A model generated the notes under the pieces. The model saw nothing but the letters and a program-made list of their open reading frames with translations. It ran no database searches and had not been told where the DNA came from. Of a stretch of 60,769 bases of DNA, positions 31,722 to 40,164 are shown one piece after another. The translations under genes were made by a program, and so were the position numbers. Position 1 is the first letter of the stretch. Each line of letters opens with the position of its first letter. Source of the stretch: Gemmatimonadaceae bacterium (lineage in GTDB: Bacteria > Gemmatimonadota > Gemmatimonadetes > Gemmatimonadales > Gemmatimonadaceae); contig JANNKK010000013.1 of the NCBI GenBank assembly GCA_031396245.1, positions 1 through 60,769 of the forward strand, written 5' to 3'.

Positions 31722-33135
31722 CGGGCGAGATCGCCTCGCGTTTCAGCTTGTCGAGCGCAACTCGCACCTCAGGCAAGATCGCTGCGCCGCGCCCCGTTCC
31801 CATCAGGTTGTCCATCTCGAACGGATCTGTCTGGAGGTCGTAAAGCTCCTCCATCCCCGGCAGCTCGCGATAGACGATGTACTTGTACCGCTCGGTGCGC
31901 ACTGCGTCGTAGCCCATCCTGAGCGTGCGAGGGAAGACCTGATCGGTGTAGTACTCGAGGAGGACCGAGTGCCGCCAATCGGCTGCGGTCCCGTCGAGCA
32001 CCGGCACGAGGGACACCCCTTGCCGTCGCACGGTGTCGGTCACTCCTGCGAGTGCGAGGATCGTCGAGGCGAAGTCGATCGTCTGCGCCATCTGCGCCGG
32101 CGTCGAGCCGGCGCGCGCGACCTTCGGATAGCGGATGATCAGCGGGATGCGCGCCGTCTCCTCATAGGCGAGCCGGCGCTCCTGGTCGAGTCCGTGCTCT
32201 CCATAGAAATAGCCGTGGTCGCTCGTGAGGACGATCACCGTGTTGTCGAGTTGACCGAGTTCGGTGAGCGTCGCGACGAGACGACCCAAGCTCTCGTCCA
32301 CGCCGAGCAGCATCTCGAGTCGCGCGCGCACGTCGCGCTCGCTCGTTCCGGTCGCTGGACCCAGTGGCGGCAGCCCCGCGATCGCGCGGTTGAGCGCGGG
32401 CTTCCGCACCGGCGCCTTGAGTGCGTTCTCCCTTCGCGGAACGACCGCACTGGCGTACCGCCCGGCGTGCCGCGGCGCCGGCACGAATCCCTCCGGCTGC
32501 CCGCCGAGCGCGCCGACACTCCCATCGTCCCGCTGCACGACGTTCGGATGCAGTGCCTTGTGCGCGAAGAAGAGGAGGAAGGGCGCGTCGCTCGGCTCGC
32601 GCACGAACTGATCGGCGAAGTCGGTGAGCACGTCGGTGACGTATCCCTTCACGACCCGCCGCTCGCCATCGATGTTGAGCTGCGGATCCACCGCCTCGCC
32701 CTGGCCGCGCATCGCGACCCAGCGCGTCCATCCGGGACGACGCGTGTCGTCGTTCCCCATATGCCACTTGCCGAGGAACGCCGTGCGGTAGCCGGCGGCG
32801 GCGAGGGGGATCGCGAAGGTCTGCAGGCGATGGCTCGCCGAGTCGCGGGCGGTGTTGTCGATGATCCCATTGGTGCGTACGTACTGCCCGGTGAGGATGC
32901 TCGCGCGGCTTGGGGAGCAGAGCGGGGTGCTCGCGAAGGCATTCAGGAACCGCGCCCCTTCGCGCGCGAGGCGGTCGATGTTCGGCGTCTGGGCGAAGGG
33001 ATGGCCGGCCACCGCGATGTCGTCCCACCGCAGATCATCGACGAGGACGAAGACGATGTTGGGTGGCTTGGGCGCGCGCTCGCTGGGCGAACAGGAGACT
33101 GTTGCCAGCAGGGAAAGGAGAAGGAGCCACCGCAT
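31708..33135 (-). CDS. Cys-type (formylglycine-dependent) sulfatase, probable lipoprotein, 475 aa
   Basis: PNIVFVLVDD, CSPSRASILTG (CxPxR), GKWH, SDHG, ELYDL; lipobox TVSC. Confidence 0.92.
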   Translation of the reverse strand: MRWLLLLSLLATVSCSPSERAPKPPNIVFVLVDDLRWDDIAVAGHPFAQTPNIDRLAREGARFLNAFASTPLCSPSRASILTGQYVRTNGIIDNTARDSASHRLQTFAIPLAAAGYRTAFLGKWHMGNDDTRRPGWTRWVAMRGQGEAVDPQLNIDGERRVVKGYVTDVLTDFADQFVREPSDAPFLLFFAHKALHPNVVQRDDGSVGALGGQPEGFVPAPRHAGRYASAVVPRRENALKAPVRKPALNRAIAGLPPLGPATGTSERDVRARLEMLLGVDESLGRLVATLTELGQLDNTVIVLTSDHGYFYGEHGLDQERRLAYEETARIPLIIRYPKVARAGSTPAQMAQTIDFASTILALAGVTDTVRRQGVSLVPVLDGTAADWRHSVLLEYYTDQVFPRTLRMGYDAVRTERYKYIVYRELPGMEELYDLQTDPFEMDNLMGTGRGAAILPEVRVALDKLKREAISPASAP

Positions 33136-33182
33136 CGACGGCAACGTTACCGACAGCTGGCGCGGGGCGCTACATTCGCGCG

Positions 33183-34193
33183 GTGAATCCCCGGTCGTTG
33201 CCCCTGCTGCTCATTGTGGCTTTCGGCTGTGCACCTCGTGAGGCGCCGCCCGGAATGGCGTGGATCCCGGGCGGAACCTTCGCGATGGGTGGCGAGGGTC
33301 CCTTCGCGGCGTCGATCGAGCAGCCGGTGCACGAGGTGCGCTTGGATGGCTTCTATATGGATGTGAGCGCGGTGACGAACGAACGCTTCGCGGCGTTCGT
33401 TCAGGCCACCGGCTACGTGACCGTCGCCGAGCGTGCGCCCGACGCGGCAGCGATCCTCGCGCAGCTCCCGCCGGGCGCCGCGTCGCCGCCCGCGGATCTT
33501 GTTGTGCCGGGGTCGGTGGTCTTCACGCCCGCGCTGGGCGAAGTGGATCTGAGCGACGTCTCGCGCTGGTGGAAGTGGGTCCCCGGCGCGGACTGGCGCC
33601 ACCCGAATGGCCCCGGAAGTTCGATCGAGGGAAAGGAGCGCTTTCCGGTGGTGCACGTCGCGTGGGACGATGCGGTGGCCTTCGCGACGTGGGCCGCGGG
33701 CCGTCTCCCGACCGAGGCTGAATGGGAAGACGCTGCGCGTGGCGGCTTGGAGCGCGCCGCGCACGCGTGGGGTGAGGCGCCGCACGACGAGGCGAAGCCA
33801 CAGGCGCACATCTACGCCGGCACATTCCCTTCGCACCCGGCGGAGCCGGCGCAAGTCGGGAGCTATCCGGCGAACGGCTACGGGCTGTACGACATGTCGG
33901 GCAACGTGTGGCAATGGACGCAGGATTGGTTCTCGCCGGGGACGTATGCGCACGACGAGTCTCGCGGGACGGTCCGGAATCCACGAGGCCCTTCGACTGG
34001 TCAGGATCCGCGGAACGGCGCGGAGGCGACGCGCGTCATCCGCGGGGGATCGTTCCTCTGCAGCGATGTGTATTGTCGGGGGTATCGAGTGAGTGCGCGG
34101 GGCACCGGAACTCCCGACACTGGCGCGTCGCATATCGGGTTCCGGATCGTGATGACGGAGGACCAGTGGCGAGTCCGACGCGCAGCGCGCTGA
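33183..34193 (+). CDS. Formylglycine-generating enzyme (SUMF1/FGE family), probable lipoprotein, 336 aa
   Basis: Start revised to GTG 33183 (TACATT-N6-GTG; AFGC lipobox); PVVHVAWDDA, RLPTEAEWE, NGYGLYDMSGNVW, RGGSFLCSDVYC (catalytic Cys pair), GFR. Confidence 0.88.
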   Translation: MNPRSLPLLLIVAFGCAPREAPPGMAWIPGGTFAMGGEGPFAASIEQPVHEVRLDGFYMDVSAVTNERFAAFVQATGYVTVAERAPDAAAILAQLPPGAASPPADLVVPGSVVFTPALGEVDLSDVSRWWKWVPGADWRHPNGPGSSIEGKERFPVVHVAWDDAVAFATWAAGRLPTEAEWEDAARGGLERAAHAWGEAPHDEAKPQAHIYAGTFPSHPAEPAQVGSYPANGYGLYDMSGNVWQWTQDWFSPGTYAHDESRGTVRNPRGPSTGQDPRNGAEATRVIRGGSFLCSDVYCRGYRVSARGTGTPDTGASHIGFRIVMTEDQWRVRRAAR

Positions 34194-35512
34194 TGCTCCT
34201 GCGGATACTCCTGGTCTCGGCGGCGATCTCCGCTCAGGCGCAAGGCACTGTCACCCTCCGCGGCGTCGCCTGGGACAGCGTCGCCGTCCGGCCTCTCGCC
34301 GGCGCCTTCATCACGCTCGGTGCATCGCGCAGCACGACGGCCGACGCGTCGGGCCGATTCTCCTTTGACAGCGTCACGCCCGGCGTCCACCGGCTCGACA
34401 TGGTGCACGCGGTGCTCGACTCGATGGGACTTCCCGGGGTCGCACGACAGGTGCGCGTCACCGATGGCGCCGAGCGCGTCGCGATCAGCATCCCGTCCTT
34501 CGCGATCCTCTGGCGCGCGGTCTGCGGCGACCGACCCGCGCCGGCCGAGAGCGCTTTCGTCTACGGCACGGTACGTTCGTCGAGCGGAGGGGCCGAGCTC
34601 GCCGGCGCTCGCGTCGAACTCCAGTGGTCCGACTTCGGGCTGGACGGCACGCGCAAGATCACCGGCAAGCGATTCCTCGTCGAGATCGACGCCGATGCGC
34701 GCGGAGAGTACGCGGTGTGCGGCGTGCCGCGTGACGCGGGCCTTCGGGTGCAGGCCAAGTTCGACGTGGTGGCGAGCGGGTTGATCGACCTCGGGCCCAC
34801 GATGCTCCGGGTCATCCGACGCGACCTCCTCGTCGGTCCGGTGGATACTATCGCTGGTGGACCTCGCGGTACGATCGCCGGGATCGTGACCGACAGCGCG
34901 GGCCGGCCTTTCCCGGGTGCCACGATCGTCCTCGACGATGTCCAACTGATGCGCACGGAGGCCGACGGCCGATTTCGCCTGCCCAACGTGCTGCCTGGGA
35001 CGCGCCAGATCGAGATCATCGCGATCGGCGTGCGCCCGCAACTTCACATCGTTGATGTCCTGGCGGGCGGCGAGGTGAACGTCTCCGCTACGATGCAACG
35101 GGTCACGACGCTCGATGTCGTGCGGATCACGGGGTCGCGCTGGCAGCAACGGGTGGTCCGCGACATCGAGGACCGCCGCCGGCAGGGTCTGGGGAAGTTC
35201 GTCGACTCGCTCCGGCTTGCCCGCTTGGCGACGTTGACCTCGGCGTTCGGATCGTTCCCGAGCCTCGACGTCCGCAGTGCCAAGGGCGGCGGGGTCACCC
35301 TGATGTTCCCCGACGGCCGTGGAGGGAAGTGCAACGCAATCATCTACATCGATGGGTTCAAGTCGAACCAACTGATGCTCAGCACCCTGTTGCCGCAGGA
35401 CATCGCGGTGATCGAGTCGTACAATCGCGGGAGCTTGATTCCCATGGAGTTCACATCTCTGTCACACCGTTGCGGCGTCATCGCCATCTGGACCAAACGG
35501 GTCATGCCATGA
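34193..35512 (+). CDS. Exported carboxypeptidase-regulatory-like repeat protein with C-terminal TonB-plug-like domain (paralog A), 439 aa
   Basis: Start revised to ATG 34193 (TGATG overlap); LRGVAWDS..PLAGA, GTIAGIVTDSAGRP; IYIDG..PQDIAVIESY..CGVIAIWTK. Confidence 0.7.
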   Translation: MLLRILLVSAAISAQAQGTVTLRGVAWDSVAVRPLAGAFITLGASRSTTADASGRFSFDSVTPGVHRLDMVHAVLDSMGLPGVARQVRVTDGAERVAISIPSFAILWRAVCGDRPAPAESAFVYGTVRSSSGGAELAGARVELQWSDFGLDGTRKITGKRFLVEIDADARGEYAVCGVPRDAGLRVQAKFDVVASGLIDLGPTMLRVIRRDLLVGPVDTIAGGPRGTIAGIVTDSAGRPFPGATIVLDDVQLMRTEADGRFRLPNVLPGTRQIEIIAIGVRPQLHIVDVLAGGEVNVSATMQRVTTLDVVRITGSRWQQRVVRDIEDRRRQGLGKFVDSLRLARLATLTSAFGSFPSLDVRSAKGGGVTLMFPDGRGGKCNAIIYIDGFKSNQLMLSTLLPQDIAVIESYNRGSLIPMEFTSLSHRCGVIAIWTKRVMP

Positions 35513-36846
35513 TGGCAATCGTCCGATTCGCGAGCGCTTTCGGCCTGCTCATTCTCTGCGCGGGGACGATGACCGGCCAGGCGGTGACCCTCCGCGGCGT
35601 CGCCTGGGACAGCGTCGCCGTCCGGCCCCTCGCCGGTGCCTTCATCACGCTCGGTGCATCGCGCAGCACGATTGCCGATTCGTACGGCGCCTTCCGTTTC
35701 GACAGCGTCGCGCCCGGCGCGCACCGACTCGAGATGGTCCACGCGGTGCTCGACTCGATGGGCCTGCCGGGTGTCGCGACGCAGGTGCGCGTCACCGATG
35801 GCGCCGAGTTCGTCAGGATCAGTGTGCCGTCCTTCGCCACGCTCTGGCGCGCGGTCTGTGGCGAGCGGCCGGCGCCCGACGACAGCGCCTTCGTCTACGG
35901 CACCGTCCGTTCGGCGATCGACCGCGAGACCCTGCCGGGGGCGAGGGTCGAACTCGCGTGGTCGGACTTCACCCTCCTCAACATCAGGACGATCACCGGC
36001 AAGCGATACCTCGCCGAGATCGATGCCGATGAGCGGGGGGAGTACGCGGTGTGCGGCGTGCCGCGCGACCAGGGCCTCCGCGTGCAGGCGAGGGTCGCCG
36101 ACGGGCAGAGTGGACTCCTCGACATCGGCTTGACGCGGCTGCGCGTGATGCGCCAGGACCTTCTCGTCGGTCCGCTCGATACTGCCGCGGTCGGACTGCG
36201 CGGGACGATCGTCGGCATCGTGACCGACACCGCCGGCCGTCCCTTCACCGGCGCGACGATCGTCCTCGACGACGTGCAGCAGATGCGCACCGAGGTCGAC
36301 GGCCGCTTCTACCTGCCGAACGTGATGCCTGGCACTCGTCAGATCGAGATCCTCGCGATCGGCGTCCGGCCGCAGCTCCACATCGTCGATGTCGTCGCGG
36401 GGGCCCAGGTGACCGTTCCAGTGACGATGCAGAGGATCACGACGCTCGACGTGGTGCGGATCACCGGGTCACGGTGGCAGACGCGGCTGCTCGAGGGGAT
36501 GGAGGACCGCCGCCGGCAGGGGTTCGGGAAGTTCCTCGACTCGCTCGACATCGGCCGCCGACCGACGATGCTCTCGGCGTTCGCTGGACTCCCGAGCATC
36601 GAGGTGCGGCCGACGCGAGGGGGGCAGCTCGCCTTGCTCTTCCCGGGTCGGATGGGGGGCAGATGCTCGGCGAGCATCTACATCGACGGCATCAGGTCGG
36701 GCGCGGACGAGCTGGCCTCGATGCTGCCGCAGGACATCGCCGTCCTGGAGTCGTATCCGCGGAGCACGATGGTGCCGATGCAGTTCCAGAACATGAACAA
36801 TGACTGCGGGGTCATCGTGATCTGGACGAAGCGGATGATGCCGTGA
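35509..36846 (+). CDS. Carboxypeptidase-regulatory-like/plug-like protein (paralog B), 445 aa
   Basis: Start revised to ATG 35509 (ATGA overlap); colinear with and highly similar to paralog A. Confidence 0.72.
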   Translation: MMAIVRFASAFGLLILCAGTMTGQAVTLRGVAWDSVAVRPLAGAFITLGASRSTIADSYGAFRFDSVAPGAHRLEMVHAVLDSMGLPGVATQVRVTDGAEFVRISVPSFATLWRAVCGERPAPDDSAFVYGTVRSAIDRETLPGARVELAWSDFTLLNIRTITGKRYLAEIDADERGEYAVCGVPRDQGLRVQARVADGQSGLLDIGLTRLRVMRQDLLVGPLDTAAVGLRGTIVGIVTDTAGRPFTGATIVLDDVQQMRTEVDGRFYLPNVMPGTRQIEILAIGVRPQLHIVDVVAGAQVTVPVTMQRITTLDVVRITGSRWQTRLLEGMEDRRRQGFGKFLDSLDIGRRPTMLSAFAGLPSIEVRPTRGGQLALLFPGRMGGRCSASIYIDGIRSGADELASMLPQDIAVLESYPRSTMVPMQFQNMNNDCGVIVIWTKRMMP

Positions 36847-38198
36847 CGCTCGGTGCGCGCGCCGCGGCTGGCGCGCTGCTCTTCGGATTGGCGGTCGTCG
36901 GCGGCGTCGAGGGTCAGGACCCGGCGGGGACGCGATCGATCCGCGGTGTCGCGTACGACAGTCTGCGGATGCGACCGCTCGCGGGCGCACTGCTGAGTCT
37001 GGAGAGGAGCGGTCTCTCGACGATCTCCGACGATTCCGGCCGCTTCGGCTTTGGCAGCCTCTCGGCGACCGTTCATGTGGTGCTGATGCAGCACGACGCG
37101 CTCGACGCCGTCGGCGTCGGGTTCGTGCGTGGCGAGGCCGACCTTCGCGGATCCGACGCGACTCTTCGACTGGCAGTCCCGTCGTTCCGCGCGCTCTGGG
37201 CGCGCTACTGTCCGGGCTCCTCGGCCCCGCGCGATTCGGGCGTGGTATTCGGAGTCCTTCGCGCGACGGGGACCGGCGCTGGCACCGCCGGCCTCGTCCA
37301 GGCGACTTGGCTCGACGTCGCGTTCGATAGGAAAGCGGGGATCTCGCAGGCGCGCGTCGGCGGCTCGGTCGAGGCGGCGGCGAACGGACACTACGCAATG
37401 TGTGGCGTGCCGAACGGCGCGCTCCTCCAGATGCGGGCGCGCACGCCGCACTCGAGCACCGACTGGATCGACGTCGCGCACGTGGCGCCCGGCATCACGC
37501 GCCGGGACCTGCTCGTGGCCTCCCGCGCGGACACGGGCCGTCGCGTTCCCGCGGCCGGCGTGGTGCGGGCGCCGAACGGACAGGCCGTGCCGCGCGCGCG
37601 GGTGCAGCCACTGGGCGGCGCCGAGGTGATCGCCGGGGATGACGGCACCTTCGTGCTGCGCGACCTGCGGCCGGGGACGCGTGCGATCTCGGTTCGGGCG
37701 ATCGGGTCGGAGCCGTCGACGGGAAGCGTGGACGCCGACATCGCCGACACCTCGCGCGCGGAGATCACGATCGGCCGGGTGGCGATGTTGGATTCGGTGC
37801 TCGTCGAGGTAAGCATCGTGCAGCGGCGGTTCTTGGCGGAGCTCCAGTACCGACAGTCACTCGGGATCGCGAAGTTCGTCGATTCGACGAGCGTCGAGCG
37901 GCTCGGCAGCGTTGTCAGTGCACTCCGCAGTCGCGCCAACGTGCGGCAGATGAAGGACGGCACACTCGAGATCGGCGCCCGCTGCATCCCGCGTGAAATG
38001 GCCGTCTGGATCGACCGACAGTACATCAAGCGCGAGGATGTCCCAGCCGAGCTGCGCCTCGTGAACGTCTCGGCCGTCGCCTCGATCGAGATCTACGAGC
38101 ACCGTGGCGCGATCCCGCCAGAGTTCTTCGCGCCGAACTTCAACGAGCGCATGACCAACTGCGCCATCATCATCTGGACCAAGCGCATGCTTCCGTAG
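36843..38198 (+). CDS. Carboxypeptidase-regulatory-like/plug-like protein (paralog C, divergent), 451 aa
   Basis: GTGA overlap; IRGVAYDS..PLAGA, YAMCGVP, ends CAIIIWTKRMLP. Confidence 0.7.
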   Translation: MTLGARAAAGALLFGLAVVGGVEGQDPAGTRSIRGVAYDSLRMRPLAGALLSLERSGLSTISDDSGRFGFGSLSATVHVVLMQHDALDAVGVGFVRGEADLRGSDATLRLAVPSFRALWARYCPGSSAPRDSGVVFGVLRATGTGAGTAGLVQATWLDVAFDRKAGISQARVGGSVEAAANGHYAMCGVPNGALLQMRARTPHSSTDWIDVAHVAPGITRRDLLVASRADTGRRVPAAGVVRAPNGQAVPRARVQPLGGAEVIAGDDGTFVLRDLRPGTRAISVRAIGSEPSTGSVDADIADTSRAEITIGRVAMLDSVLVEVSIVQRRFLAELQYRQSLGIAKFVDSTSVERLGSVVSALRSRANVRQMKDGTLEIGARCIPREMAVWIDRQYIKREDVPAELRLVNVSAVASIEIYEHRGAIPPEFFAPNFNERMTNCAIIIWTKRMLP

Positions 38199-38210
38199 CA
38201 TCTTCCCCAA

Positions 38211-40136
38211 ATGTCACGCCCAACTCTCGCCCTCGCCGCGCTCGCGCTGACGACCGCCGCCCTCGCCGCCCAGCCCCCGCGCGCTGTCCGGCGCGACATC
38301 CCGATCACGAATGCCATCCGCCGCGCGTACGCCGCTGGCACTCGCGACTCGACTGGTCGTCCGGGCCGCAACTATTGGCAGCTCCGCACCGACTACACGA
38401 TCCGCGTGCGCCTCGATCCCGCCACGCAGCGCATCACCGGAACCGAGACGATCACGCTCCGCAACGAGAGCCCCGATACGCTCCGCACGATCTCGATGCG
38501 GCTGCCGCTCAACCATTTCCTCTTCGAGTCGCCTCGTGCCGCGCCCTGGGTGCCCGCCGAGAACACTGATGGGATGCCGGTCACGCGCCTCGTCGTCGAC
38601 GGCAAGGAAGCGACGCTCACCAATCCCCGTTCGACGCTCGCGCGGATCACCCTCGCGACGCCGATCCTCCCGCGCGCCACCGCGACGATCGAACTCGACT
38701 GGAACGCGAAGTTGCCCGGCGGCCCCGGCACCGGTCACCGGATGACCCAGCGGTGGGGCGACACCCTCTTCCAGCCGACGCAGTGGTTCCCCCGCGTCGC
38801 GATGTACGACGACCTTCGCGGGTGGGACACCGAGCTCTACCTCGGCCCCTCCGAGTTCTACAACGAGTTCGGGCGCTACGACGTGCGGATCACCGCACCC
38901 GGCGGCTGGATCGTGAGTGGCACCGGCGTCCTCCAGAATCCCGAGGAGGTGCTCACCCCGCGAGCGCGCGAGCAGCTCTCGCACGTGCTCGAGTCCGATG
39001 CGAACACGACGATCGTCGGGCTGGACGAAGTGGGGCCCGGCAACGCGACTGCCGCCGGGAGAGAACTCACCTGGCACTTCGCCGCCGACAACGTGAACGA
39101 CTTCGCCTGGGCCACCGCGAAGAAGTTCGTCTGGCTCGCGACCCGCGCGACGATCCCCACCAAGGGGCCGGTGCCGGTCCACATGGTGCATCTCCCCGGT
39201 CGCGCTGCGCAGTTCGCGAACGCCGGACAGTACGCGCGTCACGCGCTCGAGTTCTACTCCAAGCTCTGGTTCCCCTATCCCTTCCCGCAGCTCACGCTGC
39301 AGGATGGGCCGAGCTCGGGAATGGAGTACCCGATGGTGATCAACTCCAATCAGGGTGCGGCCGACCACGAGACGGGACACCAGTGGTGGCCGATGACGGT
39401 CTCGAACAACGAAACGTGGTACGGCTGGATGGACGAGGGGTTCGACCAGTACATGAACATCCTCTCCGATGCCGACGCGGCGGGCCAGGCGCCGCGGCTC
39501 GACGGACTCGGTCAGTCGTACGGGCGCAATGCCGGCAACGAGAGTGAGCCGCCGATGATGTGGAACGCGAACTACGCGGGCCCGAGCTCCTACGGATTCA
39601 CGACGTATGCCAAGACACCCCTGATGCTCTCGATGCTCGGCGGGATCGTCGGCGACAGCGCGGTGCAGCGCGCGCATCGGGAGTTCGGCGTGGCCTGGAT
39701 GTGGAAGCATCCCTCGCCCTGGGATTGGATGTTCTTCATGAACCGCGCACTCGGGCACGACCTCGGCTGGTTCTGGAACGCGTGGCTCTTCGGGACGGAG
39801 TCGGTGGAGGCCTCGATCACCGGGATGCGCGCCGTCGGGCCTCGCACCTTCGTGAACGTGCGGCAGAGCGGGCAGATGCCCTCGCCGGTCGTGCTGCAGG
39901 TGAAGCTCGCGGCGAGCGGAAACACGATCCGCCCGATGCGGAACGCCGTGATGACCGACAGCCTCACCGCGATCGTGACCTGGCCGGTGGACGTCTGGTT
40001 CGGCGGGAACCGCACCTTCGAGGCGGTGCTCGACTTCGGCGGCCGCGCGGTGGAGTCGGTGCTGTTCGATCCGGGTCAGCGATTCCCCGACCGCAACCCG
40101 GCCGACAACGCCTGGCCGCGGCCGCAGAGTCGCTAA
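38211..40136 (+). CDS. Exported M1-family zinc metallopeptidase, 641 aa
   Basis: Signal peptide; GMEYP, HETGHQW (HExxH), WMDEG, YAK. Confidence 0.88.
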   Translation: MSRPTLALAALALTTAALAAQPPRAVRRDIPITNAIRRAYAAGTRDSTGRPGRNYWQLRTDYTIRVRLDPATQRITGTETITLRNESPDTLRTISMRLPLNHFLFESPRAAPWVPAENTDGMPVTRLVVDGKEATLTNPRSTLARITLATPILPRATATIELDWNAKLPGGPGTGHRMTQRWGDTLFQPTQWFPRVAMYDDLRGWDTELYLGPSEFYNEFGRYDVRITAPGGWIVSGTGVLQNPEEVLTPRAREQLSHVLESDANTTIVGLDEVGPGNATAAGRELTWHFAADNVNDFAWATAKKFVWLATRATIPTKGPVPVHMVHLPGRAAQFANAGQYARHALEFYSKLWFPYPFPQLTLQDGPSSGMEYPMVINSNQGAADHETGHQWWPMTVSNNETWYGWMDEGFDQYMNILSDADAAGQAPRLDGLGQSYGRNAGNESEPPMMWNANYAGPSSYGFTTYAKTPLMLSMLGGIVGDSAVQRAHREFGVAWMWKHPSPWDWMFFMNRALGHDLGWFWNAWLFGTESVEASITGMRAVGPRTFVNVRQSGQMPSPVVLQVKLAASGNTIRPMRNAVMTDSLTAIVTWPVDVWFGGNRTFEAVLDFGGRAVESVLFDPGQRFPDRNPADNAWPRPQSR

Positions 40137-40164
40137 GGACGTCGCTCAATCGTAGGTTCTCCCG

